From: a virus | Taxonomy: Duplodnaviria > Caudoviricetes | Direction: 5' to 3' (one strand) | Length of the DNA: 43,460 nt | IMG/VR virus record: IMGVR_UViG_3300048599_000747 | Span: 1-43,460 of that record | Part shown: piece after piece, positions 27,972 through 35,622 of the stretch | Layout: every line of letters starts with the position of its first letter | Position numbering within the stretch: position 1 is the stretch's first letter | Position numbers and translations under genes: made by a program | Notes under the pieces: model-generated | The model's input: the letters and a program-made list of their open reading frames with translations, nothing else | What the model was told of the DNA's origin: nothing | Databases searched by the model: none

Positions 27972-30011
27972 TCATGCTTCTCCCATTTCAAAGGCCTCTA
28001 CGTGGTAGACCTTATGCCTTTGCCCCTTCATCCTCTTGGATGCTTCTGGATATTGCTTCACGGTGACCTTTACAGGCACTTTCTTGCCGCCGTAATCCAT
28101 GGTCGACCTAAGCACGTGGATTTGTGCAATGTCTGCTGAACCTCGCCGGTCGTCTCGGTTTTCGACATGCTCTGCTGAGTTTAGGATATGGGCCAGGTTG
28201 AACGCAGCATCGGCTTGTTCAGGTGTGTTTGGACCGCTTGCGATCTTCCCAGCTGTGCTGTGGTTCACAACTGCCGTCCCATCAATACCATCCAGCTCGT
28301 ATGTGCCTTCTAGACTATCGACATGGTGTTCTATTGCTTGCCTTAACGCACCCTTTTTGAGGTCTCTGAAGGGTGCAGGATGTGGAGCGAAAGACTTTCC
28401 GATTTCGATTGGATCATTGTTCATGTCCCTATCGTCTGCGCTGCTTTTTTGCCCTGTCTGGTCGCCCGATCCCTTGGGTGCGAACTTGCCATCTGGGTCT
28501 CGGTTATCGTCGCTTAGTTCTGCCTTGAGCTCAGCTTTATCGTCCTTGAGTGGGTCAGGTCCTACCGAATCATCACTTGGTGTCTCTTTCGTTATCGGTG
28601 AGGTCAGACGGCTCTCTATGGCGCTCTGGATCGCACTCTTCATGCGCTGGGCAGCTGAGACTGTGACGAGGGCTAGGCCGTTGTCTTGAGCGATATTCGA
28701 CCAGTCGGGTTCGAGGTCGTTGCCTTCAACGTCCTGGACGGGAACGCCTGTTGAAAGCAGAGACAGGAGTGCACGGAGGAGAGCTCGCTTGACCTTGGCA
28801 TCGAGCGGTTCGAAGACGATACGGCACTCTGGAGCATCGGCGCCGAAGTTGAAAAGAACGAAATCCTTCAGTAGTTGCTCATTAAGAACAGCCGTGAGCT
28901 CGTCGAGAATCGCTTCGCAGTTCTCAATGAACAGATCGAGCACCGCTTCACCGAGGTTATAAGTGCCGGTATCTGGGCTCTCACTCGAAGCCATTTCGGG
29001 AACGACCAAGGCGATTCGGATCATATCGTTGAGTAGGCTGATCTTCTCGACATACCGATCCTCTCCTGGAGGTTGGGTGATGTCAATTCCCCACAGAGGA
29101 TTGCCTGAAACGTCGAACTCTGATGGCAATGTGACGCTATGACCGCTCTCAAGGCCTGCGAGCGTATCGTTCATCAAATCGGAGCTCGCTTGTTGAATTG
29201 GCTTACCGTCAGGCCCGATACCGGCCGACGTAAAGCCCGGCTTGTGGTGGCCTACCGTCCAGGGCACCGCGAAACGTTTGGAATACATGCCCAAGTCATC
29301 CCACACGGACTCAACGAGCTCCACAAATGGAACTGCAGGCTTTGTCCTCGGGATGCCATAGTTGCCGTCAAACTCCTTGTCATTAGTGAAGTGGATCACT
29401 TTAGACTTGGGGATGTCTTTTTGCTCCACAGTCCCGATGAATTGCCGAATGCCGGCAAACTCGCTCGTGTCTGATCGGACCAGAATCCGCGTATCGAGTG
29501 GCGACATCGACGCAAACCGTTTGATCGTCCATATGAACGGGAAGTCTCGCTCGATATCGGCGCTTGAGTTGGCCTGCGTCGTGGTAACCGAGACCTCAAA
29601 CCGCGGAACCCACACCTTCTCAACAGCTTGATAACCGAACTCTTGAGCTCCTTTAATCAGTATCCCAATGAGTTCGGAGATGCGCGGCCCAAGCTCTTGT
29701 TTTGCCAGGTCAGCAATATCCGGCCGTGCACATGAAAAATGGAAGTTTGCTCGCTTGATCGGTGTCCGGAGAGTGCTAAGTGAATCCTTGACGATCGGAT
29801 ACCACCGAACACGATCGTAGTCCCTTATCGCGATCTCATCATACCGATTGGCAAGGCAAACGACGTCGTCCTTTCTTCCACGTCCCCAGCGAGACATTTG
29901 AGGCACATAGCGAGCGTCGCCGGTTCGAGCGAGTGGCCGGGTGTCGGGATGCCGCACCTTCGGTTTGCGCTTGAAGATCGCAGGTAAGGAGAACAGCTTG
30001 AATCTAGCCAC
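27972..30011 (-). CDS. Portal protein (Mu gp29/DUF935-like) with a C-terminal LPD3-like domain
   Basis: FGYQAVEKVW, IPKSKVIHF, YGIPR, RFAVP and LNEQLLKDFVLFNFG portal motifs; extra C-terminal region of about 200 aa. Confidence 0.88.
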   Translation of the reverse strand: MARFKLFSLPAIFKRKPKVRHPDTRPLARTGDARYVPQMSRWGRGRKDDVVCLANRYDEIAIRDYDRVRWYPIVKDSLSTLRTPIKRANFHFSCARPDIADLAKQELGPRISELIGILIKGAQEFGYQAVEKVWVPRFEVSVTTTQANSSADIERDFPFIWTIKRFASMSPLDTRILVRSDTSEFAGIRQFIGTVEQKDIPKSKVIHFTNDKEFDGNYGIPRTKPAVPFVELVESVWDDLGMYSKRFAVPWTVGHHKPGFTSAGIGPDGKPIQQASSDLMNDTLAGLESGHSVTLPSEFDVSGNPLWGIDITQPPGEDRYVEKISLLNDMIRIALVVPEMASSESPDTGTYNLGEAVLDLFIENCEAILDELTAVLNEQLLKDFVLFNFGADAPECRIVFEPLDAKVKRALLRALLSLLSTGVPVQDVEGNDLEPDWSNIAQDNGLALVTVSAAQRMKSAIQSAIESRLTSPITKETPSDDSVGPDPLKDDKAELKAELSDDNRDPDGKFAPKGSGDQTGQKSSADDRDMNNDPIEIGKSFAPHPAPFRDLKKGALRQAIEHHVDSLEGTYELDGIDGTAVVNHSTAGKIASGPNTPEQADAAFNLAHILNSAEHVENRDDRRGSADIAQIHVLRSTMDYGGKKVPVKVTVKQYPEASKRMKGQRHKVYHVEAFEMGEA

Positions 30012-30561
30012 GCACCGCTCCCATGTTGATCCGGAACATCTTCGATGTCCATCGTCTTGTCTTGCGGATTACCCGATCGCCTTCGCGACTGCCGGCGTCG
30101 TTACTGTTGCCCTCGATCGTTTGCATGAACCAAATTCCGAGGATCGAGTAGGCCTTCACGATGAAGAAGATGTGACCTGTGCCATCGGCGTTTACCCACC
30201 CAGCTAGATCTCCTCTTTGAGCACCCTTGCAGGTGTTCAGTAGAATCCCCAGCTTTGCGGCCCACGCTTTCCAACCGAAAGCGCTCTGAGGGTGACCTGG
30301 TCCGTCACTCAGCCGCCAACCGGCTCGAACGAAACACCAGAAGACAAAGCTCGCACACCAAGGCGATCCGGGCTTTGCACCCGCGGTATTGAGGTATTCG
30401 CGTATTCGAGGTGAGTCATTCTGGGTCACTTCATGGACCTTGAAAACATCGCACTCGACGCTAGCGACGATGAGTCCTCTTTCCTTGAGGGTGAGACTAG
30501 TCCACTTTGCGTCTGAAAGCCAGGTAACGGGTGAAGTGCTCATGCTTCGGGAGACGGACAT
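30004..30561 (-). CDS. CHAP-domain endolysin
   Basis: PWCASFVFW (Cys), GHIFFI (His) and TIEGNS. Confidence 0.88.
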   Translation of the reverse strand: MSVSRSMSTSPVTWLSDAKWTSLTLKERGLIVASVECDVFKVHEVTQNDSPRIREYLNTAGAKPGSPWCASFVFWCFVRAGWRLSDGPGHPQSAFGWKAWAAKLGILLNTCKGAQRGDLAGWVNADGTGHIFFIVKAYSILGIWFMQTIEGNSNDAGSREGDRVIRKTRRWTSKMFRINMGAVRG

Positions 30562-30593
30562 GATCCGCTTCGTGTGCCTGGCAGGTTCGCTTC

Positions 30594-30632
30594 GAAGAAC
30601 AACGGGACTGCCTCGATTTGAGACAATCCCGT
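30594..30632 (-). terminator. Terminator-like hairpin
   Basis: Minus strand ACGGGATTGTCTC-AAATC-GAGGCAGTCCCGT (13 bp including G-U pairs) followed by TGTTCTT. Confidence 0.55.
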
Positions 30633-30656
30633 AGTCATGGCTTCGGTTTGTGGTTG

Positions 30657-30980
30657 TTACTCGACTTGAGAGGCGAGGTTGGTGAGGGCGTCGGCCGCTG
30701 CTTGTGCCTTGGTGGCGTTGTCGGCGGCTAGGGTCTGGATTTCCGCGAGTTGCTCGGGTGTGACGGTTGTCGCCTCAAGAGCGGCGATGCGGTCAGAGAG
30801 CGTCTTTTCGTCGGCTGCGATGTTGGTCACCGCATCGGAGATGGTGTTGAGAGCCGCTGCTGTAGTGGCTTCTGATGCCTGAATGTCTTCAATGGCCATA
30901 GACTGTTTCCTTTGGGTCTTTGTGATCTTGCAGAGTAACCCGAGGGTTAACATCTGCAGAATGATGGTGAGAGGGTTCAT
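30657..30980 (-). CDS. Ala-rich coiled-coil protein (alternative start at 30899)
   Basis: Heptad pattern; two possible starts, each with an SD-like sequence. Confidence 0.7.
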   Translation of the reverse strand: MNPLTIILQMLTLGLLCKITKTQRKQSMAIEDIQASEATTAAALNTISDAVTNIAADEKTLSDRIAALEATTVTPEQLAEIQTLAADNATKAQAAADALTNLASQVE

Positions 30981-30983
30981 GTT

Positions 30984-31020
30984 GTTTCAATCCTCATCCG
31001 GGTCTAATCCCGGATGCCAC
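30984..31020 (-). CRISPR. Solitary CRISPR repeat unit, type I-C-like (not an array)
   Basis: GTGGCATCCGGGATTAGACCCGGATGAGGATTGAAAC: 37 nt, GT start, 8-bp stem, ATTGAAAC end. Only one copy seen. Confidence 0.75.
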
Positions 31021-31047
31021 CCATGCACACCTTGAGACGCCAGGCCC

Positions 31048-31530
31048 TTATTCCTCGTCGTTATCAGGTTCGATTTCACCACCCTCAGGCGTTTCCGTTC
31101 GCTTTCTGATGTCGTTCACGATACCGACGATCTCCTTGCCAATGTTCATGTTCGCGTCAACCTGCAGCTGATCCTTGCGCCCCCAATCATCCGGCTTTCG
31201 GCGTTCAAGCATCCAAGCCGCTGCATGCCAGTCCATCTCCTTTGTTTTAGTCGTTTCGGTTGACGTTCCATCTGGACTAATCTTTACCTTGGTGGTGACA
31301 ACCTCATGTTCGGTGCCGGCTTTGGTGATGATCGAAACGAGGTGAACTTCCCATTCGGCTTCCGCGCGCGCGATGAGCTCCGCAAAATCCGCGTAACGCT
31401 TCAACCACCGGGCGAGTGTGTCTTCGCTTATTCCTCCATAAAGACATGCTGCTCGACGGGTGTTTCCGGTCTTAAGCGCCTGGGCTATTCGGTCGGCTCT
31501 CTCTTGGGTGAATTTCGGTTTTCTTGCCAT
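31048..31530 (-). CDS. terS: Terminase small subunit-like HTH protein
   Basis: MARKPKFT...GNTRRAACLYGGISEDTLARW HTH and WHAAAWMLERRKPDDWGR motif. Start re-called to 31530. Confidence 0.75.
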   Translation of the reverse strand: MARKPKFTQERADRIAQALKTGNTRRAACLYGGISEDTLARWLKRYADFAELIARAEAEWEVHLVSIITKAGTEHEVVTTKVKISPDGTSTETTKTKEMDWHAAAWMLERRKPDDWGRKDQLQVDANMNIGKEIVGIVNDIRKRTETPEGGEIEPDNDEE

Positions 31531-32203
31531 TTTGAGTCTGGAGCGGACGGGTCGGATTCGAACCGCCTTCTTCCGTCTGGGAGACGGTTGCATCACCAAT
31601 AATGCTTCGTCCGCGCTTAGGATACGACCTCGCAAGGGGTAGGAGCCGCTCGCGGCTGCCTTTATCGAGGGGCATCAAATACTTGTGCTTTCCTGGCTTT
31701 TTCACGTATTTGAGGGCCGTTCGGTCGATCTGATGACCCGTTTCGATACGTTTGCTGATCGTTCTCGGATGGACAACACGGCCATCGAGCAAAGGATATT
31801 TGTCAGGCTCAGTTCGGCCGACATAGATCCAATTGGATGCTTGATAGATCGCTCCGAGATGTCCCTCAGCCGGATCAGCATATGAGACGATGAGCTTGAG
31901 CCCTGGATACCGACGCTTGATCATCCGAATGGCCACCGAAAGTATCTTCGAAACGTGGGCTTGATGTCTCTTCAATGCAACCCTCACGAGCTCGCAGACT
32001 TGCGTATGCTTTAAGCCGTATGGCTCGCCGATGTGATTACATGCTCCAACTCCGAAAATGACGGCGCCGATAAAGATTCCTGACTCCCACACGCCGATTC
32101 TCGCAAGCTTCCCAGCCGGCATTCGTCTAGAATAGTGCCAATGCTCGACGGCGTATTTTGATGCTACGAACGTGCACCAATCGAGCTTAAGGGATCCACT
32201 CAT
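31472..32203 (-). CDS. mom: Mom-family adenine modification enzyme (GNAT fold)
   Basis: HWHYS, IGAVIFG, CELVRVAL and IVSYADPAEGHLGAIYQASNWIYVG motifs. Start re-called to the ATG at 32203. Confidence 0.88.
   Translation of the reverse strand: MSGSLKLDWCTFVASKYAVEHWHYSRRMPAGKLARIGVWESGIFIGAVIFGVGACNHIGEPYGLKHTQVCELVRVALKRHQAHVSKILSVAIRMIKRRYPGLKLIVSYADPAEGHLGAIYQASNWIYVGRTEPDKYPLLDGRVVHPRTISKRIETGHQIDRTALKYVKKPGKHKYLMPLDKGSRERLLPLARSYPKRGRSIIGDATVSQTEEGGSNPTRPLQTQNGKKTEIHPRESRPNSPGA
31539..31614 (-). tRNA. Non-canonical tRNA-Gly(CCC)-like RNA embedded in the mom 3' end
   Basis: GCGGACG AA GCAT TATTGGTG ATGC A ACCGT CTCCCAG ACGGA AGAA GGCGG TTCGAAT CCGACC CGTCCGC T CCA: a 76-nt cloverleaf with encoded CCA. 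Confidence 0.88.
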
Positions 32204-32732
32204 GACCACACTCCGGACAAACGGTTTTCTGCTTGGTGTCGAGTGCACCTTGATCTGTTGCTGTTCCGGGAGCGAAACTCGGTTCTTCAGCCAGGCTTGC
32301 AAGCAGTCGATCGAGATCTCCTTGTGAGTATCCGATGGATTCCGTCAAGTCTTCGACAACTAGAATCTCCGCAAGCAAACCCGCAAGACGTTCAGAATCA
32401 TTGGATCCCTTTTCCTGGGTGCGATTGTCGGCGATCGCGAATGCTTCAGCCTCACTCTTTGAGAGATCTGAGATGTCGATGCAAGGAACAAGCCAGTCGG
32501 AACCAGTATCCTCAATGCCTCGAGGAGCTGGTGAACCGTTTGCCTTCATTGTCTGGAGCGCAACCAATGCATGGTTTCCGGCCATCACAGTTCCTTTGTG
32601 GACCTTGAGAGCGCCGTTGAATCCAAACCTCGTGATGCTTGCGATGATCGCGTTTACGTCGCCGACTCGGTAGTTTCTCTCCCACTTCTTGAGTCTCGAA
32701 AGCTCCATCATAGAAACCGTTGATTTACTCAT
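32187..32732 (-). CDS. ParB/Srx N-terminal-domain protein of the type linked to DNA-modification genes
   Basis: IIASITRFGF, VMAGNH and AFAIADNR motifs; C-terminal CPECGHEW knuckle. Confidence 0.85.
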   Translation of the reverse strand: MSKSTVSMMELSRLKKWERNYRVGDVNAIIASITRFGFNGALKVHKGTVMAGNHALVALQTMKANGSPAPRGIEDTGSDWLVPCIDISDLSKSEAEAFAIADNRTQEKGSNDSERLAGLLAEILVVEDLTESIGYSQGDLDRLLASLAEEPSFAPGTATDQGALDTKQKTVCPECGHEWIP

Positions 32733-32739
32733 GTAGACA

Positions 32740-32752
32740 AAGTTATACCATC
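32740..32752 (-). promoter_or_regulatory. Possible extended -10 promoter for the ParB-mom-terS unit
   Basis: TGGTATAACT a few nt upstream of the SD-less ATG at 32732. Confidence 0.4.
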
Positions 32753-33816
32753 TTATTGACTAATCGGTTCCTGTGCCACTCTTCTTCGTTGAAAGGTTCT
32801 CGAGTTCCTTTTTTGTATCGCACCATCATTGGTTCGCCATCGATGGTTTCAACACGTAGGTCGAAGTCAAACTCGGCTGTTGGATCCTTTCTATATCGAT
32901 CGGCGTCTGAAATCACCTCGCCGCCGTTGCCCATTTCCTCACGAAGGATGTTTCGTTTATCGAAAACGGCCTCCCAAGAAACCTTGCCTTTCCAGGTTCG
33001 ATGGGCGAATAGGAACAATTCAACGGCGCCAGGCGGACCGAACAGATTCGCGAGTTGCCTCAACGCGCTATCGGGCTTGAGGTGACGCCGGATATCCTTG
33101 TCGAGTGGCGGATCCCATCCAAGCCCGTCACAAATTCCGGATAGAACTTGTGAAACCTCTTCCCAAGCCTGGTTTGGCTTACGGTCGGCCTTGCCGTTCG
33201 AATTCACCGGCGATGGTTTCTCATCACTTCCGTTAGGAAGTGTATTAGGGATACGGGATACGGGATGGTCCATTACATGGCCCGGATTAATGGTGTTGGT
33301 AATGGTGTTACACCCAACATCACCACTCGATTTGAACCTATCATCGTTTCGTTCTTTCGTTTTTCCGATTTCGATCTGGTTTTCAGACTTGCTAGTAGGC
33401 ACCTCACAGTCTGTTTTTGGTGAATTACACCCACCATTATTAACGGTGTTAGTAATGCTCTGTGTAACGGTGTTACGCTCTATCCTTTTGCGCTCTCGGA
33501 AGTCATTAACCCGCTTCTTGTTGGCTTCACGCTCAGAAAGGACTTGCTCTCTGCTCGGGTTGAATTTCAGGTAGCTTCGAATCTGATAACCCCCTTGGAC
33601 TTCAAGCCACCAAGGTTTGTCACCGGACGTGAGCTGTTCGACAGCCTCCCTTGTTCCACCTGGAAGCTTTGTAACTCGGCCTTCAGGCACGAATCCATCG
33701 GTGAGATTACGCGAGCACCAGGAGATCGCACACCAGAAAAGAGATATCGCTTCACAGCTCATCTTGTCTAGATCTGGATCATCGTCAAACCCATCATCAA
33801 TGCGACCCCAGGGCAC
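32743..33816 (-). CDS. Phage replication initiator (lambda O-analogous)
   Basis: N-terminal WGRIDDGF...SWCSRNLTDGFVP winged-helix-type region, KKRVNDFRERKR, and a repetitive linker. GTG start overlaps the rusA stop. Confidence 0.7.
   Translation of the reverse strand: MPWGRIDDGFDDDPDLDKMSCEAISLFWCAISWCSRNLTDGFVPEGRVTKLPGGTREAVEQLTSGDKPWWLEVQGGYQIRSYLKFNPSREQVLSEREANKKRVNDFRERKRIERNTVTQSITNTVNNGGCNSPKTDCEVPTSKSENQIEIGKTKERNDDRFKSSGDVGCNTITNTINPGHVMDHPVSRIPNTLPNGSDEKPSPVNSNGKADRKPNQAWEEVSQVLSGICDGLGWDPPLDKDIRRHLKPDSALRQLANLFGPPGAVELFLFAHRTWKGKVSWEAVFDKRNILREEMGNGGEVISDADRYRKDPTAEFDFDLRVETIDGEPMMVRYKKGTREPFNEEEWHRNRLVNKMV
33288..33476. repeat. 12-bp iteron-like repeats (putative origin)
   Basis: TAATGGTGTTGG (33288), TAATGGTGTTAC (33300), TAACGGTGTTAG (33441), degenerate TAATGCTCTGTG (33453), TAACGGTGTTAC (33465). 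Confidence 0.65.
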
Positions 33817-34283
33817 TATTTCACCTTCCTTAGTGGGGATTCGATCTCCACGATTCGAATAGCGAAGTAGCCGATATCTGACCACTTCTTGAATGTATGA
33901 GAATCGGCAATCTCAGCGTCATCTCTAATGAACCCCTCCTCGACAAGCCGGTCCTCGAGGGTTTTCATCAGGTTCGAGATGTCCGGTTTCGATACATGAG
34001 GGATGCCGCAATCTGTGCGGTTCTTCTCAGGCTCTCCCTTACGGTAGGGCCATGCAAGGATCACTTCAATTTTCACAGGTCCTTCCAGTGGCCTCGATGG
34101 TCGACGGTCCTTCAGATGCTGCGTCCAGAAGTCTCTAGCCTTGATTAATTGATCAGTATCGGCGAGTCTTGCGTACATTCCGGCTTTCACGATCTTCTTG
34201 CTCTGGTGATTGCAGGCAGGTATCACGACGTTGTCGACGGTAAATCGGATTTCCCTTAGGATCGGTCGCATGGTTCTCTCCAT
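33816..34283 (-). CDS. rusA: RusA-family Holliday junction resolvase
   Basis: KPDISNLMKTLED and IRDDAEI catalytic motifs. Confidence 0.9.
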   Translation of the reverse strand: MERTMRPILREIRFTVDNVVIPACNHQSKKIVKAGMYARLADTDQLIKARDFWTQHLKDRRPSRPLEGPVKIEVILAWPYRKGEPEKNRTDCGIPHVSKPDISNLMKTLEDRLVEEGFIRDDAEIADSHTFKKWSDIGYFAIRIVEIESPLRKVK

Positions 34284-34828
34284 GGCACTCCTAGTTGATC
34301 GAAGAAGTCCTTTTCTGTTGGCGTTTCGAGAGCTTTTCCGCGATCCCAGAGCACACCTTGATCGACTCTCATCCCAAATGGCATCTTCCCACCCTTGTGC
34401 TTAGGTGTCATAAGGGATTGTGAGAACCGTTTTGATCCGGTTCGAATGACCATGAGTACGCCGTATTGTGCTGGTGGAAGCACACAAAACAGATCGATCG
34501 GAATCCCTTTGTAGAGCAGTCTCTGGAAACGAGGACCGCAACACTGAGTATCGATCGAACTGCGCCTGTGTTCAAAAACTCCTTCATCGATGAGCTTTTG
34601 TATTCGTTCGAACTGAAGATTAACGGGCTTCAAATCACCAAAGAGCCCATCGGGGCGTTCTTCGACCTTGGGGACGATCAAAAGCTCGATGTCACCCACA
34701 AAAGGCTTTTCTCTCCGAATGCTGCCTGCGAATTCGCAACTCTCGCACACGTCCTCCAGGAGCGACATAGCTTCTTTACCAACTATGATCGCTTCTTTCA
34801 AGGAGATGCTGATCGGTTGAGTCGTCAT
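34256..34828 (-). CDS. Minimal DNA polymerase X / pol-beta-like nucleotidyltransferase
   Basis: AGSIRR...GDIE, IDLF, RTGS and TEKDFFDQLGVPWREP motifs. Confidence 0.85.
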   Translation of the reverse strand: MTTQPISISLKEAIIVGKEAMSLLEDVCESCEFAGSIRREKPFVGDIELLIVPKVEERPDGLFGDLKPVNLQFERIQKLIDEGVFEHRRSSIDTQCCGPRFQRLLYKGIPIDLFCVLPPAQYGVLMVIRTGSKRFSQSLMTPKHKGGKMPFGMRVDQGVLWDRGKALETPTEKDFFDQLGVPWREPCDRS

Positions 34829-34833
34829 GGCGC

Positions 34834-35622
34834 TCACTTCGCCACCTCGCAAAGGTCTCCAAAGTCCATCGCGAATTGAGACCCCTTCTGCACGATAGTG
34901 ACGATCTCGCGTTGCTCACTCACGGGGACAGCCGCAGGCGTTAGTGTTTCGTCACCCTTGAGTAGCTTGAGGATCTTTGATTCGAACGGCGATAGAGCAG
35001 ATCCGCGGGCAAGTGGCCACCACATGTTTCGCCATCCGCCCCAGGTTTCAAGGGAAAGGGTGTTGCCGTGTATGATCGTGGCCGGGATGTTCCAAAGGGT
35101 GAGATTGAGGTAGGCCATCTCGCAAGCCAGCCGCGAAATATCAATGCAAGTCACCTGCATGTTGAGAGGCGAGTACCCTTGATCGATGAGCATTTCCGCT
35201 GCAGAAAGAACCATTCCACCCGCTCCGCATGCCGGTTCGAGTAGCTCAAGCGGACGATCCGGTGGAATCACGACAGTCTGCAATGTCATGCCGGCCATCA
35301 GTTTGCATATCGATGGTGGTGTGTAGAATTCCCCGTTCCATTTTTGCCCCGATGACGAACCGAGTTCCATGTAGACAGGACCTAGAATGTCCGAGTATGG
35401 CTCTTGCTCCATCGATTCTACGAGGAACGCGAAGCCCTCTTTGAACAACTGCATGGAGTCGGCATCCCATCTCTTGGCTTCGGCTTCGTACTCTTCTTCA
35501 CGTGTTTGCATGGCGACTGCGCAAGCCGAGAGCCTTATAAGAGCTTCGAAAGCCTCGAAGGGCGAGCGTCGATCGGATATACGTTGCAGGAGTTTAATTA
35601 GCTCGTTTCGGAACGTGCTCAT
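34834..35622 (-). CDS. HsdM-like N-6 DNA methylase-family protein lacking the catalytic NPPF motif
   Basis: DILGPVY, GEFYTP, EPACGAGGM and IIHGNTL present; no (N/D)PP(F/Y) follows. Confidence 0.8.
   Translation of the reverse strand: MSTFRNELIKLLQRISDRRSPFEAFEALIRLSACAVAMQTREEEYEAEAKRWDADSMQLFKEGFAFLVESMEQEPYSDILGPVYMELGSSSGQKWNGEFYTPPSICKLMAGMTLQTVVIPPDRPLELLEPACGAGGMVLSAAEMLIDQGYSPLNMQVTCIDISRLACEMAYLNLTLWNIPATIIHGNTLSLETWGGWRNMWWPLARGSALSPFESKILKLLKGDETLTPAAVPVSEQREIVTIVQKGSQFAMDFGDLCEVAK

Noticed and set aside
23487-28689. Long plus-strand ORFs (e.g. 23487-24170, 28099-28689) and similar ones elsewhere
   Set aside because: Antisense shadows of well-supported minus-strand genes, without RBS or recognisable motifs.
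14664-30011. Transposable Mu-like phage
   Set aside because: Head genes, Gam and Mom are Mu-like, but no MuA/MuB is present in the window and replication looks initiator/iteron based.
30984-31020. CRISPR array or mini-array
   Set aside because: Only one repeat copy was found, with no second repeat at spacer distance on either side and no cas genes.
31539-31614. tRNA as a prophage attachment site or ordinary host tRNA
   Set aside because: It is full length, internal to the late operon, not duplicated in the window, has no integrase nearby, and carries non-canonical positions.
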